Shown: one piece after another, positions 60,831 to 64,000 of the stretch
How positions within the stretch are numbered: position 1 is the stretch's first letter
How the letters are laid out: each line of letters opens with the position of its first letter
DNA from: Camelus dromedarius
Taxonomy: Eukaryota
NCBI RefSeq assembly: GCF_036321535.1
Contig: NC_087437.1
Location: 101,310,001-101,374,000 of the forward strand
Length of the DNA: 64,000 nt
Reading direction: 5' to 3'
Made by a program: the position numbers and the translations under genes
The notes under the pieces: model-generated
Told to the model about the DNA's origin: nothing
Database searches by the model: none
What the model saw: the letters and a program-made list of their open reading frames with translations, nothing else

Positions 60831-63800
60831 TATTAGGTTTTCAATCATAGAAAAGTGTTCACACAAAAGCTACAAGATTAATTAGTGGAATAATAAAGAA
60901 GATTAGAGAGCTAGCCTGGATTTTTATTCAGTTCTGATGTTTAAAGGTTTAGAATTCGTTAATTTATGCACAAGTTGTAGACTAATACACTAGGTCTCCA
61001 AGTGGAGAGATGAAAACTTGTCAGCTAACACAATAGAATTAAAAACGACCGCTTGATGCCGCTGCATCAGGAGTGCATTACCTATTCTAAACCCAAGATG
61101 CCTCAGTAGAAGCTCACTTTCAATCTTGGTTAGTTCTGTGAGGGAAGGAAGACACTAATCCATGCCCCTAACACAGGAAATATTTTCTACCAAGTCTCAG
61201 CTGAAGAAATTTCCACTCTAATATTTAATCTACACTAACTATTTTGAATCTCCCTCTGTGCTTCTTCTGGGAATAATTACTTCTAACTAGTATATTTTCC
61301 TAAACAGATATAAAGGAAAAGCACAAGTCTTACTTTCTGAAATATCTGTATCTGAAACAGAGAAACCTACATAGATAGAAATGTTGTTCTGGATTTCCTA
61401 CTTCAAAATCAAGGGATAACACTGTATTAAGGTCTAACAATTAAAAAAAAAAACATGGTGAGTATATTAGCTAGTAATTTTGCATGAAAATAGCTTTGAA
61501 CTTTAATTATATTTATACCAAGAAATTTTATCTAACGTTATTTTGTTCCTAACTTTACATTCACCTGTGTATCCCTTCTTCTTTTGGGATCTATTCATAC
61601 TTTGGAGTGACAAAAATTATCTCCTTAGAATCCAAATACAAAAGCTTAATTGTGCATAGCAATTTGATGTATAAACTAGAACACAGTAGTTATTTATGCA
61701 TGTGGGTGTACTAATAGATAAGATAAAGGCAAATGTGGTGCAATGCTTTTGCCTTGTGGTGTATTATCAGATAGCTAAATAAACACAGTGTACCAAGGTA
61801 CCCTGAATACAATACATGTTTGAATTAAAGTTTTCAGTCAATCATTTTGTAAATAATTGAAATGGATTTCAAATCTATTAAAGAAGCTAAATACAAACTA
61901 AGTATTGTTAAAAGCCCTTTTGCAATCCCTTGCTAGTTTATAACTTTTTAAAAAAATGTTGATTTCAATATTTTAAGCAGATCATGTTCTTATACACAAT
62001 AAATATAAACTAATTGTGTATATGTATATATATACACGTATACATTCGTGTGGGCATGCATGTGCACAGGCGCGCGCGTGTGTGTGTGTAACAATGTAAA
62101 GGTTTAAATGGATGCAAAGTATGTTATACTCCTAGCTAATACATATATTTACACTGTGTCGCAATAAGAGGGTTTTCAAATAAGTCTTAGCCCTTAGAAC
62201 ATCTCAGAACAAACATGAACTCTAAATAGTCACAGACTGGTAATATATTAAAAATGCAGCTTTTGTCCAAAGATCCTCTGCTCTGAGAAACTCTGTATTA
62301 TCAATATTTTTTTCATCACCTATCTGGCATCACTGAAGACTAAGCCCCAGAAACATTCTGAAAGATGGTTTTGTGTTATTTACTTAATCACTACTTTGGA
62401 AAATTCAACTTCAGACAGTAAAGTTTTCACTTGTAGTATTTATTTATTGAATGTTAAGTGTCCTAAAAAGTATTCCAAAGACAAACTGATTTTCCTGTGA
62501 AATTACTATTCAAGCAATCTTAGGTTTTCAAAATGAAGCCCCTGTTGTAACATATATATTTTTAATTTAAGTAAAATTTCATCTTTCCCTTCTTAATTAT
62601 AGCTGATTCTTCTTCCACCAGTTCCTTTCAAAGAGAGCACATGGCTTCAGCACAGTTTCTTAAATGATTTTTTTCTAATAGTGACATTAACCATGCGCAA
62701 TATTTTTCAGTTGACAACCAAAATACTGACGTTATAACTGCTGCCACTTATATGGCTTATAATCCTGCAAGAACCTCACATGATTTATAGAGGATACTTC
62801 AACTTCCATTAAATCTTCCTTTTAAAGATCTTGAGCCCTACGTTTTTTGTAAGAGAATCAAAATTTCTAAATAAAGCTAGATAGAAATGTCTGAACGCAC
62901 CAGACTGCTATTTCATCAGTTATGGGAAGAGAATTTTATTTTTTCCTTATGATTGAATGCACTGCCTTTTGGAACAATGAATCATTTGCTATTTGAGGTT
63001 CTTTGGCCAGGATGTTAATGTCTGGAATACTTTTATTCATCATAAAGTCTTGAATTTTATTTATGTTTAAAAAAGTATAGACCTTTGAAAAGTTACCTTT
63101 CACAGAAGGTTCCTAATCCTTTCTTTTCTTTTCTCCTTCCCTCTCCTTACCTCCCTCCCACCCCCAATCAGCTAGTTTTCCCATCAGGCTCCATAGCCAG
63201 AATACCATTGCTGTATTTACTGGAAAGCATATATTTGATTATGTGCCTGGTAGAGGATTCTAGATAAGTTAAAATAGAAAACTTAAAACAGTTACATTTG
63301 GTGATGCATTCTATAGGAGACTAATATTAATAAAAAATTTCTCATGGAAAATACATTTCTTTCACTATGTTTTCCTTTGTCCAAAGTTAGCTCTTTAAGA
63401 TCAAACATGTCTGTTAAAATAATGAGTATATTTTCCACCTCTCCATTTTAGTAGTTTACAAACTAAATTGTCAGCAACTAGGTATTTTATTTGTCCAGTG
63501 CCACCTGTGTTGGAAGAAGGTTTTGTAAGCTGTCTTACCTTGTTTACCGACTTGCTCCACTCCCTGAATCTGACAAATTTTTTTGGATTCCTCAATTAAA
63601 AAAAAATATGACTAAGACTGGAATAAATTAAGTAACAATTAAAAATATCTGTTGTCAGAGAACTGATATTTCTATTGAAAATGTATTATTTTAGTTTTGT
63701 TTTTAAAACAAAATGTAAAGAGCAAATGCTCAGCTGCTAGTATTCCTGATCTGATTTACCCTGCTGATTTTTCCAAAATATATATTGTCTGAAATATTAT

Positions 63801-63893
63801 GAAATTTATTTATACATAAGGACTTTACTTTCTGTGTGTTTACCACCTTGGAATATAAGCTTCATAAAATAACTTTTAAAATTAATAAATACA

Positions 63894-63920
63894 TGAATGA
63901 ATGAATGAATGAATGAATGA
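63894..63920 (+). repeat. (TGAA)n, probable L2 tail
   Basis: atgaatgaatga... run preceded by the L2-like 'ttggaatataagcttcat'. Confidence 0.75.
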
Positions 63921-64000
63921 ATTGGTTTTTACTTAGTCCCTGAATTGCTTTGCATTTTCAAACACTATGATATCTTTTACAGTTTCATTTTATATTAAAT

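Noticed and set aside
1..64000. The many short ORFs in the supplied track as protein-coding genes
   Set aside because: All are 130 aa or shorter and many use non-ATG starts. The recognisable ones are L1 ORF2 or Tigger1 debris; none of the others resembles a protein family I know.

Overview
AT-rich, CpG-poor mammalian non-coding DNA (intergenic or deep intron). I recognise no intact protein-coding gene, true RNA gene, CRISPR array or prokaryotic feature. The ORF track is almost entirely spurious or repeat-derived. The window is a layered fossil record of transposons: old MIR, L2, L1M, MaLR (MLT1), ERVL/Gypsy LTRs and hAT MITEs; a full-length Tigger1 with a decayed DD32D transposase; younger L1 3' ends and ERV solo LTRs; and one tRNA-Ala-derived SINE resembling camelid Vic-1, which suggests a camelid genome (inference). 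The most notable structures are: (i) a 288-bp unique-sequence retroposed insert with an A23 tail and 13-bp TSD inside the Tigger1; (ii) a 38-bp tail-less insert flanked by a 17-bp duplication inside an L1; (iii) a nested stack at ~56.1-57.4 kb (MLT1 > LTR > ERV1 LTR), plus a near-solo poly(A) insertion with TSD. A few candidate exons and enhancer motif clusters are flagged at low confidence. Repeat subfamily names come from recalled consensus sequences, not a database search, and the boundaries of old repeats are approximate.
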